Positions 12,721-25,645 of a stretch of 64,000 bases of DNA are shown piece after piece. The notes beneath the pieces are model-generated. The model did not search any database and was not told the origin of the DNA. It worked only from the letters and a program-made list of their open reading frames with translations. Both the position numbers and the translations under genes were made by a program. This DNA is from Cetorhinus maximus (Eukaryota), in the NCBI RefSeq assembly GCF_964194155.1, contig NC_135890.1:38936001-39000000 (forward strand). Reading direction: 5' to 3'. Each line of letters opens with the position of its first letter. Position 1 is the stretch's first letter.

Positions 12721-14339
12721 ATACACACACACACACACACAACACCGCTTTTTAAAGGTCTCAACTAGTACTTTCAGGTTAGCTATTGATTGATTTCTTT
12801 TGGCTGTTGCTATCATTGTATGAATGTTTGATGCTTTCAAGAGTTCTTTAAGTTCTTTAAAGCTGCTGAAAGTCTACAGGGAAGAGGTGTGGCAGTTACT
12901 GAAGGACTTGGTTCTGACTTCAAGGCTTCTGCCCAAACTAGTTGCTCACAGACATGGATGCAGTTTTATACATTTACTTGGAATACAACATGACTGGGAG
13001 ACTGAACAGAGGACACACAGAGCAAGTCAAGCTACTAGAAGAGGGAGGAACATGTAGGGGAGACCCCAGCGACTGAGTGTTGATAGACTGTACAACTACC
13101 AAGGGCATCAAAGTTGTGCCTTACCCTGTTCACATCTGACACTATTTGAAACAGGGCAGAGGTCATGCGGAGGTATCCAGATTGCCAGGGCACCAGAGCT
13201 GTTTGTAGAGCCCCTTAGCTACCCCTGCTAAACATAGACTATGAATCAATCTAGGTGGCTTACTATTACACAGGATGGCACCTAGGCCAGTGTTTCCCAA
13301 ACTAGGGCAAAATAGCATAGTGAACCACTTGTTTGCTGTGACTTAGTAGTTAAAGTGACCCAGAATGTGTCTCAGACTTTCCAGTTGACTCTTGTTCAAG
13401 GATTGTGGATGACATAAATATTAAAATTTTATGAAACTTTATTCCAATTGCAAGCAAATTATTTCAATATATGGGGTTCAAGTTCAATGACTGAAAATTA
13501 GAGCATGATACTCTCATAACCCCAGTACAATTGAAAATTTGAGAGAAATTAACCTCACCTGAAGATCGAGCTGCTATTTTAATGAAAATTTTAGATTTGA
13601 ATATGGGAAAGCCTGTATTCTTGGAAGTAGGAGTCAGAAATATGAGACATCTACAGTCAGCTGAGGAATCCTCAGCACCATCCAAAAATCCTCACGATGG
13701 GTTGATTTATAGCTGAACACAGTTCAGGAATTTAGTGGGAAAGAATATAGATATGGACATTAAAAGTAAGCATTCTGTCCAAATCACTCAGGGCCCAATA
13801 AGGTACTTTCATATTGTATATTAAAGTTTTACAGTGTGCAGTGGCTTTTAGACATTATCAAAGATGCCAATTGTTTGTCAGACTTTGCACCCATAGCTCA
13901 CGGCATAGGAGAAGCCATGAGAACATTTTTGAAAGAGAAGATGGCTGCCTCCAGCCACTGGGGCAAGCCTGAACAACATCTCTAAGTCTCCTGGCATGGC
14001 ATATGCATACATAAAGAGAAAGAGGCTCAATAGCACAATTTTGCCTTTTGAGTATGGTTGATATGTTATGTGGAATATTTGAATTCAGAGTTAAACAATT
14101 CTAAGCATTTTTGTGAAACTACTTGATGAAAGTTGTTTTGCAGAATTTGTTTCCTCCAATCCTGCGGGTGCAACTATCAGTGCTTTGGGGTGATTCTAAA
14201 CAGCTTATCTTTTTAATTTGATTTGTATTGCTGAAAAAAGAGACATACTATCGAATCTTTTAGTCTTGCACTCATCAGGACAGCTACGCAAGATAAACCA
14301 ACAGTGAAAAGAACAACAACTAAACAAAAGCTTGGGGGA

Positions 14340-17300
14340 CAGCCGTTCCTTAGTCCATTCCCCATGGCAATGCCTTGACCAATAGAAGTGGAAACAATGA
14401 GTCTTGTAGCGATTGGCAGTTTAAAAAAAACGATTGCTGCTATTGTCATAGAAATGGACATATGATGAGGCAGTGCAAGGAAAGATTCAAGCAGGCTTGT
14501 AAACAAAAGAAGAAGCCCAATGAAATCTACAATGTAGAAGAGCCTGAAACAACAAATTCAGACATTTATTCATTGTTTAATCTGAAAGTTGGAAAGACAG
14601 AATCAGTATTTGTCACAGTGCAAGTAAATGGCAAACCTGTTCGAATAAAAGTGGATACTGAAGCTTCCACTGCAGTAATTGGGGAACATACCTTCAGATA
14701 TTTGAATAATGGTGAACATCAATTAAGTTTAGAAGAAACAGCCGCCAAGCTAAAAACATATATGGTGAAGACACTCAAGTAAAAGGCATAAGCAAAGTAA
14801 CTGTCCATTATGGAAGCCAGTCAGCAAAGCTACCCTTGATGGTGGTAGCAGGTGAAGGGCCAAGGCTCCTGGGGTGAAATTGGTTGAAGGAGATTAAGTT
14901 AGAATGGGCTGAAATTTTCCAGTTGAGAGCAAGTGGGCTACCAGAGGTACTTGGAAAGTACGCCACTGTCTTCAAGGATGAACTGAGGAAAACCCAGGGC
15001 CTACAGGCCAAGATTCATGTGGATCCGGAAGCAACCCCTCGCTTCACGAAGGCGAAACCGGTGCCATATGCCTTGCGAGAAAAAGTCAACATTAAACTGA
15101 ACAGACTAGAGAAACTGGGCATTATACAAGCTGTTCAGTTCTCGGAATGGGCAGTGCCCATAATCCCTGCCCTTAAATGTGATCAAAGCGTCTGAATTTG
15201 TGAGTACAAACTGACGGTTAATAAAGTAGCTAAGCTTGACAGGCACCCCATTCCAAAAATCAAAGACCTGTGTGCCAAGCTGGCAGGGGGGGACAATGCA
15301 CACAAAGCTTGACATGAGTTATGCTTATCAACAACTAGAGTTGAATAATGCCTCCCGGGAATTTGTCACAATTAATACCCACAAAGGATTGTACCAATAT
15401 GATTGCCTTTTGGTGTCTCCTCCACTAGTGCCATCTTTCAGAGAACAATGGAAAGCTTACTGCAGGAACTGCCCCAGATTGTAGTCTATTTAGACAGTGT
15501 ATTGGTGACAGGATTCACTGAAAAAGAGCATTTGGCAAACTTAAGAAGTCTTGAAATGTTTCTAGCTGGCTGGAGTGCGTTTATTAAAAGAAAAGTGTGC
15601 TTTCCAAGCAAGGGAGGTAATCTGTTTGGGTCACTGGGTAGATTCACAGGGCATCCGCCCAGTTGAAGAGAGAGTGAGAGCCATAAGAGCGGCACCTGCA
15701 CCAGAGAATGACTCAGAGCTCAAATCATCTCTAGAAATAATCAACAATTATGGGCAGTTCTTACCCTATTTGTCTACAGTGCTGTCCTCCTTACATCCTC
15801 TACTCAAAAAGAACCAATGTTGGTCTTGGGAGGCACCACAGAAAGAAGCTTTCATAAAGGTGAAACAATTGTTGCAATCGTCCAATCTATTAGTGCATTA
15901 CCACCAGACGAAAGAATTGGTGCTGATATGTGACGCATCTCCCTATGGAGTGGGAGCAGTGCTCTCTCAGCAGATGGACAATGGCACGGAACGGCCAATA
16001 GGTTATGTATCGAGAACACTCACCACAGTGGAAAAACGATGCTCTCAGATAGAAAAGAAGGCCTGTCCATCATCTTTGGTGTCAATAGATTTGACCAGGA
16101 TGTACACAACCACCATTTTACGATTGTTTCAGACCACAAACCATTGCTAGGCTTGTTTAGTGAGAACAAGGCTATACCACCCATAGCCTCAGCAAGAATA
16201 TGATGGGATTTAATTCTGGCAGCATAAGAATACACTTTCATACACAGGCCTGGCAATCAAACTGCATACGCCGATGCCCTTAGTTGTTTGCCTTTACAAG
16301 AAAATGATGAGCATGCCCAGTTCCACAGGAACTTTTTTACTGTTAAATTTCTTAGATTCCTTGCTGGTATATGCTCGACAGATCAGAGACTGGACAAGTC
16401 AGGACCCAGTTCTATATCAGGTACGAGAACAAATGCTACATGGTTGATCACAGGAACCCGTATCTGATGAAATGAAACTGTACTTCAACAGAAGACATGA
16501 AATAACCAGCCAGGATGGCATCTTATTTGAGGAGCACGAGTGATAGTTCCTCCAAAGGGAAGGGAGCCACTTTTAATTGAACTACACAGTGCCCAACCAG
16601 GAATTTCCCGAATGAAGACCATAGCACGCAGCTATTTATGATGGCCTGGGATCGATGGCGAAATAAAGAGTTTAGCAAAGCACTGTTTGCAATGTCAGCA
16701 ATGGCTGTGGTTACACATTGACTACGTTGGACTTTTCCTGGGGACAATGTTTCTGCTCATCGTCGATGCCCATTCAAAATGGTTGGATGTATATGAGTGA
16801 AGTCACCAACGTCAGCCACTACAATTGAGAAACTATGTCAGAGTTTTGACATTCATGGACTACCAGAAGTAGTCATTTCTGATAATGGCACGGCATTTAG
16901 GAGTTGTGAGTTTCAACGGTTTATCAGCCTCAACAGTATCACTCATGTGAAAATTATACCATACCACCCTTCCTCAAACGGACTGGCCGAAACTGTGGTT
17001 CAAATGTTCAAGACTGGCATGAAAAAGCTAACTGGTGATCCCTTGGCAACCAAGCTAGCACGCTTTGTTTTTCATTACAAGACGAGTGCTCACACAACAC
17101 CAGGTGTCATATCTGTAGAGCTATTGTTGAAACGCCGTCTCAGGACGAAATTGAGCTTAATAATGCCGAATTTAGAGGGGAATGTGGAAAACAGTCAGGG
17201 AAGCCAGAAAGCTAGACACAACTGGCATAGTCGTGGGAGAATCGGTATCCATGAAAAACTTCAGAGAAGGACCAAAGTGGTTACCAGTTGAAATAAGTGC

Positions 17301-17967
17301 ATTGACTGGACATCCTACCTTGCCACGTGAAGGTGGAAGGCCGGACCATTCGTAAACACGTGGACCATTTAAGGACGAGAGACAAATCACCAAGATTTGG
17401 TTCTACCAGTGACCATGACCGGGTCTGTGTTTCCTGTTGAGGATACCCAGTCCAGGACTGACATGTATTATCCTGTAAGAGTTGAGGATACAGAACTGCA
17501 AGTGCCCACCGAAGCACCTGATGTTCAGGCAACTCCAGAAAAGGAGGTTCCTGGCAAGGAATCTGAAGTTGTGAAGCTGCGACGTTCCACATGTATTAGA
17601 AAACCACCTGAAAGACTGAACTTGTAAATTCCTTACCCAGTGCAAATATCATGTTGTCTTGAAAAATTTATACTTGTAAATATATGTATAGCCAAGTTAA
17701 AGGGGGAGGAATGTAGTAATTATGGTTTCATTTTGTGTGTAATGTACTTTTAAGAATAATACTTGTTAAGGAAGATCACATGATCTGTAGTAACCAATAG
17801 GAGAGTCGCACAGGCTACCTCAGCAGCCAGTGTAGAGATAGAATTGGAGTTGAAAGCACACGTGTAGTTGCTGCTGAGTGTGTTGTAAATAAACTTAATG
17901 TTTCCACCCAAGAAGTGCCTGTAGATCAACTCTATCATTAATAGCACAACTCGGCCACCCTACAACA
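14340..17967 (+). mobile_element. Gypsy LTR retrotransposon (probably Mag/K02A2.6-like), lacking 5' LTR, decayed gag-pol
   Basis: Gag knuckle CCYCHRNGHMMRQC (CX2CX4HX4C), protease VDTEAS, RT (MPFG, YLDS), RNase H (CDASPYGVGAVL), integrase (SDNG, YHPSSNGLAE) in Gypsy order; polypurine tract aaagggggagga ~17699-17710 abuts the 3' LTR. Confidence 0.9.
17712..17967 (+). repeat. 3' LTR (256 bp) of the Gypsy element
   Basis: TG...CA termini (tgtagta...tacaaca), AATAAA at 17888, directly after the PPT. Confidence 0.9.
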
Positions 17968-19618
17968 AGAAGTCAAAGTGCTGAGATAATGTGAATGATT
18001 TGAAGCTGCTCATCATTCCCTTTTTAATACTTGTAAATGAGAAAAATAGCAAAATGAATTTGAAGCAGAAACACTGATTCACAAACAGCCTTACAATCAT
18101 GCAAAAGAATGTCTATTGTAGGAAGGACAGGAAGTGCCAAGTGACTGTCATCTATTTGATAAATTCCATCCACATGATGATAGGGTAGGATATCAAAATA
18201 ATTCAATGTTAAGAAAACCTCAATCTTTTCCTTCTTACTTACTCCATAGTCACTATACCCTCTGCTTCCTGTGAACAGTAATTATTATTCTTTTCTTTTT
18301 TCATGCTGTCTTTTCCATAAACTAAATGTCTTAAGGTGATGATAGTTGACCTGTCTTCATACGTCTAGTTTTGCCAACATGAAAGGATTTTAAATACTTT
18401 CAAATACAGTCATCTACGAAATAGGATTACACAATAATTAGCCAATTACCTCTGGAACTGGTCTGGCTTCCTTTCTAATGGGGATCAACCTGAAAGGAGA
18501 CAACTTCATGGTTAAGTTTGTGATGGGCCTTCACGGTAAGAAAGTGAGGTTTAAACAAATAGTGCTGAAATAGTCAATTATTAAATCTGTAGGATGCCTC
18601 CTTATTTTGGAGGTTTTGATTTTATAGAGGTGCTGTCTGAGAATGTGTATAGTGAACTGGATATTGTAGGTGGAGGAAGGGACCCAAAATAACATGCATT
18701 GTTTTCATCTTCACAAATGGTCTATCTGCATGATAATTTTCTGTATCAGTATCCCGGTTATATGGCAGCTGCAATTTCAGGGAATGGTAAGAAGTGGTCC
18801 CGGTTTCTCATTAGGCGTTCCGGTGCCCAACAATGTGCTCAAAATAGCTCAGATGACCCAGTTTGCAGCTTTCCCCTCTTTACATGAACCATATCAGAGA
18901 TTCCCATCAGCACTTCGCATTTTCACACAGCACCAGCATCTTTTCTCTTCACTTCCTCTCCCCTCCCTTTTACCCCACGCTCTATTTACTGAAGGCAAAC
19001 TAAAAATAACCTCTCAGCAACACCCTGCGATTTGGAATGCCCCCACTTGCTGGCCATTGAACGGCTTCACCGGGATGCTCCCACATGCGCGGAAATCCTT
19101 CTCACCTACATTTGGAACCGGGAAGGAACCAGCATCCGGGTGATGACAGGAGATTGACAGTGATGTCCACCAACTGCAAGCCGCACTTGAAGAGGTAGTC
19201 AGACGGCGCCCAAAAGTAAACCACCAATCAGCACTGACAAAGGTGGCAGGCATGTTTGGTTGTGTCGTGGCATGTTCATCCAAACTTCTCATTGAAAGAT
19301 CATGAGCTTTCCTGCTTGTGACTCTGGGTACAAACAAAATCTCTCTTGCTTGAGGTACGTTCGCTAGTTTAAAAACCCGCTTCTAGCTGAAAATATCTAT
19401 TGTTAAAACCCAGTGTGCAAATGAAAATAAGCAAGGCTTTAAAATGGAGATTGGTCTTACCATTGTACGTTGCACAGCAAAGTTAGAGCAGAATGAAGGA
19501 TTCTGGGATTTTGTAACAAGCATAGCTTTGGTTCAGTTTTTTAAGAAAATGGAGCAGAGATGTCATTGAAACAAAAATCTGTGGTTCACATCTGCAGCCT
19601 TCAATAATTGGGTGTCTT

Positions 19619-19800
19619 TAGGGTGGCCAAATCTGACTCAGCATATTCTGAGGAATATCGTCACATGACCTCCTACCTTCAACTGCCCCTCCCCCAGACT
19701 CCTGCCATTAGTCACCCAACATGTCAATCATCACGGAGCCCTGCTTCCCAAGGCTTTTCAATGTGTTCTGGTTTTGACTTTTGAAAATCTGGTCACCCTG
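19619..19800. mobile_element. Possible old hAT-type MITE
   Basis: Termini tagggtggcca / tggtcaccctg are imperfect inverted repeats; no clear 8-bp TSD. Confidence 0.4.
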
Positions 19801-19936
19801 TTTCAGGGCCCTCCTGCTTTTACATACGCATGGTTCAATGAAAGATCATTTCAAAGCACATCATCAGGGTACTCACAAAATATCTTCATGGAGAAAATTC
19901 ACAGGTTTCTATCTCCCACTTCTGCCAAGATATGTC

Positions 19937-20756
19937 TAGAACCATAGAACACTACAGCACAGAAAACAGGCCATTCGGCCCTTCTAGTCTGTGCCTAAAT
20001 ATTATTCCGCTAGTCCAATTGACCTGCACCTAGTCCATAACCTTCCAGACCTCTCCCATCCATGTATCTATCTAATTTATTCTTAAAACTTAAGAGTGAG
20101 CCCGCATTTACCACATCAGATGGTAGCTCGTTCCACACTCTCACCACTCTGAGTGAAGAAGTTCCCCCTAAACCTTTCCCCTTTCACCCTAAAGCCATGT
20201 CCTCTCGTGTTTATTTCTCCTAATCTAAGTGGAAAGAGCCTACTCGCATTTACTCTGTCTATACCCCTCACAATTTTGTAAACTTCTATCAAATCCCCCC
20301 TCATTCTTCTACGCTCCAAGGAATAAAGTCCTAACCTGTTTAATCTTTCCCTGTAACTCAACTCCTTAAGACCCGGCAACATCCTAGTAAATCTTCTCTG
20401 CACTCTCTCAATCTTACTGATATCCTTCCTGTAGTTAGGCGACCAGAACTGCGCACAATACTCCAAAGTTGGCCTCACCAATGTCTTTTACAACCTCACC
20501 ATAACATCCCAACTCCTATACTCAATACTTTGATTTATGAAGGCCAGTATGCCAAAAGCTTTCTTTACAACCTTGTCTACCTGTGACGCCACTTTCAGGG
20601 AATTATGTATCTGAACTCCCAGATCCCTTTGTTCCTCTGCACTCCTCAGTGCCCTACCATTTACTGTGTATGTCCTACCTTGGTTTGACCTTCCAAAATG
20701 TAACACCTCACACTTTTCCGCATTAAATTCCATCTGCCATTTTCTGGCCCATTTTT
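19937..20756 (-). mobile_element. CR1 (HER1-like) LINE 3' part
   Basis: ORFs with RPTLEYCAQFWSP, RGDLIEVYK, FNAEKCEVLHFG; minus-strand tail gggccgaatggcctgttttctgtgctgtagtgttctatggttcta. Confidence 0.9.
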
Positions 20757-20944
20757 GGTGGTTATTTTATTACACCAGTGCTCCTTTAAATCGTTTTTAA
20801 CCTCACAGCTAAATGCCTTGTTGAAGAGTTTAGCCAGGGTCAAGACACAAGTATTCATTTATGGAAAGTATTATGCTAAAAATGAGAGGGCCTCAAAAAG
20901 AGTAAATTCATTTGTGGGAGTCAAGGCATACACATACATTAGTA

Positions 20945-21873
20945 TTGCTGGTATTTCTGTACAACATGAATTGGTTAAATGGTTGAGCGAGTAGCTACCA
21001 CAAGTTTTCCACATACGCAGTGAAGGATTCCTTCATCTTTGCAAAGACCATACAGGACTACCATATCGATTGCAATGCCATGTCCATGCGCTCGTCTGAC
21101 ATTGCTAACCTATTCAGTAATGCACCGCTCAAGAGAGCCATAGATATTTGTTCTGCGTCGTTACATCATGATGATCTAGACACGCCGCCATTGTTGGAAT
21201 CTGTATTCATTGGGCTTATGAACTCAGTAACTCATGCAGATGCGTTCAGTTTTAACGTATGCCCAAATAGGTGATGTTGCCATGGGATCCCTCAGGCCCA
21301 GCTCTCGCAAACATCCTTGTAGACATCCACGAGGAATGCGTCTTCGATGGAATAACACTTAACCTCCTACCTCTTGCTTATTTGTGATATGTGGAAGATA
21401 TGCTATATTTGAATCTGCAACTGCATGTAAGAATTTCCTTACACACCATAATAGGCTCCATCCTGTGCTCAAGTTCACCTTTGAAATGGAGCAGTCAAAA
21501 CAGCTCCCTTTCCTCAAAGTGCGAGTTGAGAAAAGTGCCAGTGGGTTCCCTACTACTGTCTACCACAAGCCCACCTTCACTGGTTAATAGAGATTTTGAG
21601 ATTCCTACAGTTCTATGTGCTATAAGATTGACCTTACTGGCAACCTTGTAAATTTGCTCATTGCTCACCATGCAAGCTTGATGCTGAAATAGGGCACATC
21701 AAAGCTATTCTGTGGGATAATGGTTACCCTGATCAGATCATTGTTCATCGTATATCGGTGCAAACTCATGAATGGGCCTAAGGCTGCCATTTTTGCTTCT
21801 GAAAAATACCCATTCTACCTCAGATTAGAGGTATCAAAAATTTGAGCAACAGGTGAAGCTAGCCATTTCATGC
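20945..21873 (+). mobile_element. Penelope-like element RT fragment (Penelope/Poseidon-type), resumes at ~25098-25185
   Basis: KDSF, DIANLFS, MGS, KFTFEMEQ..LPFL, VYHKPT, NGYP motifs with frameshifts; FEQQVKLAIS before the insertion continues as VAT..FSTNRILPS after it. Confidence 0.75.
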
Positions 21874-21875
21874 GT

Positions 21876-21950
21876 TGGCATAGTGGTATTGTGGCTGAAC
21901 TGGTAATCCAGAGACCCAGGGTAATGCTCTGGGGACGCGGATTCAAATCC
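21876..21950 (+). promoter_or_regulatory. tRNA-type internal Pol III promoter (A and B boxes, long variable arm, Ser-tRNA-like)
   Basis: TGGCATAGTGG ... hairpin ccagag/ctctgg ... GATTCAAATCC. Confidence 0.75.
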
Positions 21951-24900
21951 CACCATGGCAGATGGTGGAATCTGAATTTAATAAAAGTCTGTAATTAAAA
22001 GTCTAATGATGACCATGAAACCATTGTCGATTGTTGTAAAGATGCATATCGTTCACTAATGTCCTTTAGGGAAAGAAACCTGCCGTCCTCACCTGGGCAG
22101 GCCTACTTGTGACTCCAGATCTGAAGTAATGTGGTTGACTCTTAAATGCCCTCTGAAATCAAACCGCGACAAAGTCTATAGAAAGGAATGAAATTGGATG
22201 GACCACCCAGCATCGACTTAGGCACCAGAAACGGCAATGGCAAACCCAGCCCTGTCGACCCCGCAAAGTCCTCCTTACTAACACCTGGGAGCTTGTGCCA
22301 AAGTTGGGAGAGCTGTCTCACAGGCTGGTCAAGCAACAGTGTGGCATAGTCATAGTCATGGAATCATACCTTGCAGATCATGTCCCTGACATCACCATCA
22401 CTATCCTTGGGTATGTCCTGTTGCACTGGCAGATCCAGTAGAGGTGGCAGCACTGTGGTATACAGTTGGGGAGGTGTTGCCCTGGGAGTCCTCAACACCA
22501 ACTCCAGACCCCATGAAGTCTCATGGCATCAGGTCAAATATGGACAAGGAAACCTCCTGCTGATTACCACATACTGCCCTCCAGTGCTGAATCAGTACTC
22601 CTCCATGTTGAACACCACTTGGAGGAAGCACTGAGGGTGGCAAGAGCACAGAATGTACTCTGAATGGGGGACTTCAATGCCCATCATCAAGAATGGCTCA
22701 ATAGCACCACCACAGACCGAGCTGGCTGAATCCTAAAGGACGTAGTTGCTATACTGAGCCTGTGACAGGTGGTGAGGGAACTAACAAGAGGGAAAAACAT
22801 ACATGGCCTCATCCTCGCCAACCTGCCTGCCACAGATACATCTTTCCATGACAGCATTGGTAGGAGTGACCACTGCATAGTCCTTGTGAAGACAAGTCCC
22901 ATCTTCATATTGAAAATACCCTCCATCGTGTTGTGTGGCACTACCACCGTGCTAAATGGGATAGATTTCAAACAGGTCTAGCAACTCAAAACTGGGTAAC
23001 CATGAGGCGCTGTGGGCCATCATCAGCAACAGAATTGTACTTAACCACAATCTGTAACCTCATGGGCCGGCATATTACTCTACCATTACCAACAAGCCAG
23101 GGGATCAACTTTGGTTCAATGAAGAGTGCAGGAGGGCATACCAGGAGCAGCACCAGGCATACCTAAAAATGAGGTGTCAGCCTGGTGAAGCTACAACACA
23201 AGGACTACTTGCGTGCCAAATAGCATAAGCAGCAAGTGATAAACAGAGCTAAGCAATTCCACAACCAACGAATCAGATCTAAGCTCTGCAGTCCTGCCAC
23301 ATCAGCCGTGAATGGTGGTGGACAAGTAAACAACTCGCTGGAGGAGGAGGTTGCACAAACATCCCCATCCTCAATGATGGAGGAGCCCAGCACATCAGTG
23401 CAAAGGATAAGGCTGAAGCATTCGCAACAACCTTCAGCCAGAAGTGCTTAGTGGATGACCCATCTCTGCCTCCTCCAGAGGTCCCCAGCATCATAGAAGC
23501 CAGTCTTCAGCCAATTCAATTCACTGCACATGATATCAAGAAATGGCTGAAGGCACTGGATAATGCAAAGGCTATGGGCTCTGACAGTATTCCGGCAATA
23601 GTACTGAAGACTTGGGCTCCAGAGCTTTCCGCGCCCCTAGCCAAGCTGTTCTAGTACATCTACAACACAGGCATCTGCCCGGCAATGTGGGAAATTGCCC
23701 AGGTATGTCCTGTACACACAAAGCAGGACAAATCCAACCCAACCAATCAGCCCCATCAGCCTATTCTCCATCATCAGTAATGTAATGGAAGGGGTCATCA
23801 ACAGTGGTATCAAGTGGCACTTGCTTAGCAATTACCTGCTCACTGGCACCAAGTTTGGATTCCGCCAGGAGCGCTCAGCTCCAGACCTCATTCAAGCCTT
23901 AGTTCAAACATGGACAAAAGAGCTGAACTCCAGAGGTGAGGTGAGAGTGACTGCCCTTGACATCAAGGCAGCATTTGACTGAGTGTGGCATCAAGGAGCC
24001 CGAGCAAAACTGGAGTCAATTGGAATCGGGGAAAAACTGTCCGCTGGTTGGAGTCACACCTAACACAAAGGAAGATGGTTGTGGTTGTTGAAGGTCAATC
24101 ATCTCAGTTCCAGGACATCACTGCAGGAGTTCCTCAGGGTAGTGTCCTAGGCCCAACTATCTTGAGCTGCTTCATCAGTGACCTTCCATCCATCATAAGG
24201 TCAGAAGTGGGGTGTTCACTGATGATTGCACAATGTTCACCATTTGCAACTCCTCAGATACTGAAGCAGCCCATGTCCAAATGCAGCAAGACCTGGACAT
24301 TATCCAGCCTGACAAGTGGGAAGTAACATTCACGCCACGCAAATACCAGGCAATGACCATCTCCAACAAGAGAGGATCTAACCATCACATCCTCAACATT
24401 CAATGGCATTACTGTCTCTGAATCCCCCACTATCAACATCCTGGGGTTTACCATTGACCAGAACCTGCACTGGACTAACCATATAAATACTGTAGCTACA
24501 AGAGCAGGTCAGAGGCTAGGAATCCTGAGGTGAGTAACTCATCTCCTGACTCCCCAAAGCCTGTCCGCAAGGCACAAGTCAGGAGTGCGATGGAATACTC
24601 TCCACTTGCCTGGATGAGTGCAGTTCCAACAACACTCAAGAAGGTTAACACGATCCAGGCCAAAGCAGCCTGCTTGATTGGCACCCCATCCACAAACATT
24701 CACTCCCTCCACCACTGACATACAGTAGCAGCAGTGTGTACCATCTACAGGATGCACTGCAGAAACTCACCAAGGCTCTTTAGACAGCACCTTCCAAACC
24801 CACAACCACAACCACTAGAAGGACAAGGGCAGTAGATACATGGGAACACCACCACCTGGAAGTTCCCCTCCAAGCCACTCACCATCTTGACTTGGAAATA

Positions 24901-25097
24901 TATCACTGTTCTTTCACTGCTGCTAAGACAAAACCCTGGAACTCCCTCCCTTACAGCACTGTGGGTGTACCTACACCACATGGATTACAGCGATTCAAGA
25001 AGGCAGCTCACCACCATCTTTTCAATGGCAATTAGGGATGGGCAAAAAATTGCTGGCCCAGCCAGTGACACCCACATCCCATAAATGAATTCAAAAC
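21876..25097 (+). mobile_element. Apparently full-length single-ORF CR1-group LINE (APE endonuclease + RT) with a tRNA-derived 5' head
   Basis: A box TGGCATAGTGG (21876-21886), B box GATTCAAATCC (21940-21950); endonuclease LLTNTW.LVPKLGEL, GDFNAHH, SDH; RT ALDIKAAFD, GVPQGSVLGP, FTDD; family 3' tail ending ataaatgaa. Many stops and frameshifts. Confidence 0.85.
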
Positions 25098-25184
25098 ATG
25101 AAGTAGCAACATGAGCGGCATTCTCCACTAACAGAATACTGCCATCAAGCTAAACAGATATTCTGCTTATCACACAAATGAGTA

Positions 25185-25400
25185 AATAGGGTTTTCTCTC
25201 CGGCTGTCCTGGTCAATATTCATTTCTCAATTAACACAATCAAAATAGATTAACCGGCTGTTTATCTCATTTATAGGACTTTGCCAAATGCCAATTGGCT
25301 GCCATGTCTGGCTACATAACAACAGGAATTGCATTTAAAAGTAATTCATTGGTGTGAAATGCTTTGGAAATCCTCTGAAAGGTGCAATTAATGCAAGTTA
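25185..25400 (+). mobile_element. Deu-domain SINE (SacSINE1/AmnSINE-like), 3' part
   Basis: gtcctggtcaatatt...aattggctgcc...aaagtaattcattggtgtgaaatgctttgg...aatgcaag matches the recalled DeuSINE body and L2-type tail. Confidence 0.65.
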
Positions 25401-25506
25401 TTTCTGTTATCATAAGTAAGCAGGTTACATGCAAAAATGCACCTGAAGCCCTTGGGAGGTTGAGCAGGGGGTGGGGAAGAAAAGATTGATATAAATAAAT
25501 AGGAAA

Positions 25507-25645
25507 TAACCTGCATTTATATAGCACCATTCACAACCATGGGCATTCCAAAGCGCTTCATAGCCAATTCATCATTTTTGAAGTGCAGTTTTTGTTATAT
25601 AAGCAAATGTAGCAGCCAATTTGCACAAAGTCAAGTCCAACAGTA
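25507..25645 (-). mobile_element. Deu-type SINE tail in opposite orientation
   Basis: cctgcatttatatagcacc...ccaaagcgcttcatagccaat...gcagccaatttgcaca is the reverse complement of the same tail. Confidence 0.65.

Noticed and set aside
21876-21955. Functional tRNA gene
   Set aside because: Acceptor and anticodon stems are imperfect, there is no downstream T-run terminator, and it continues into a retroposon body.
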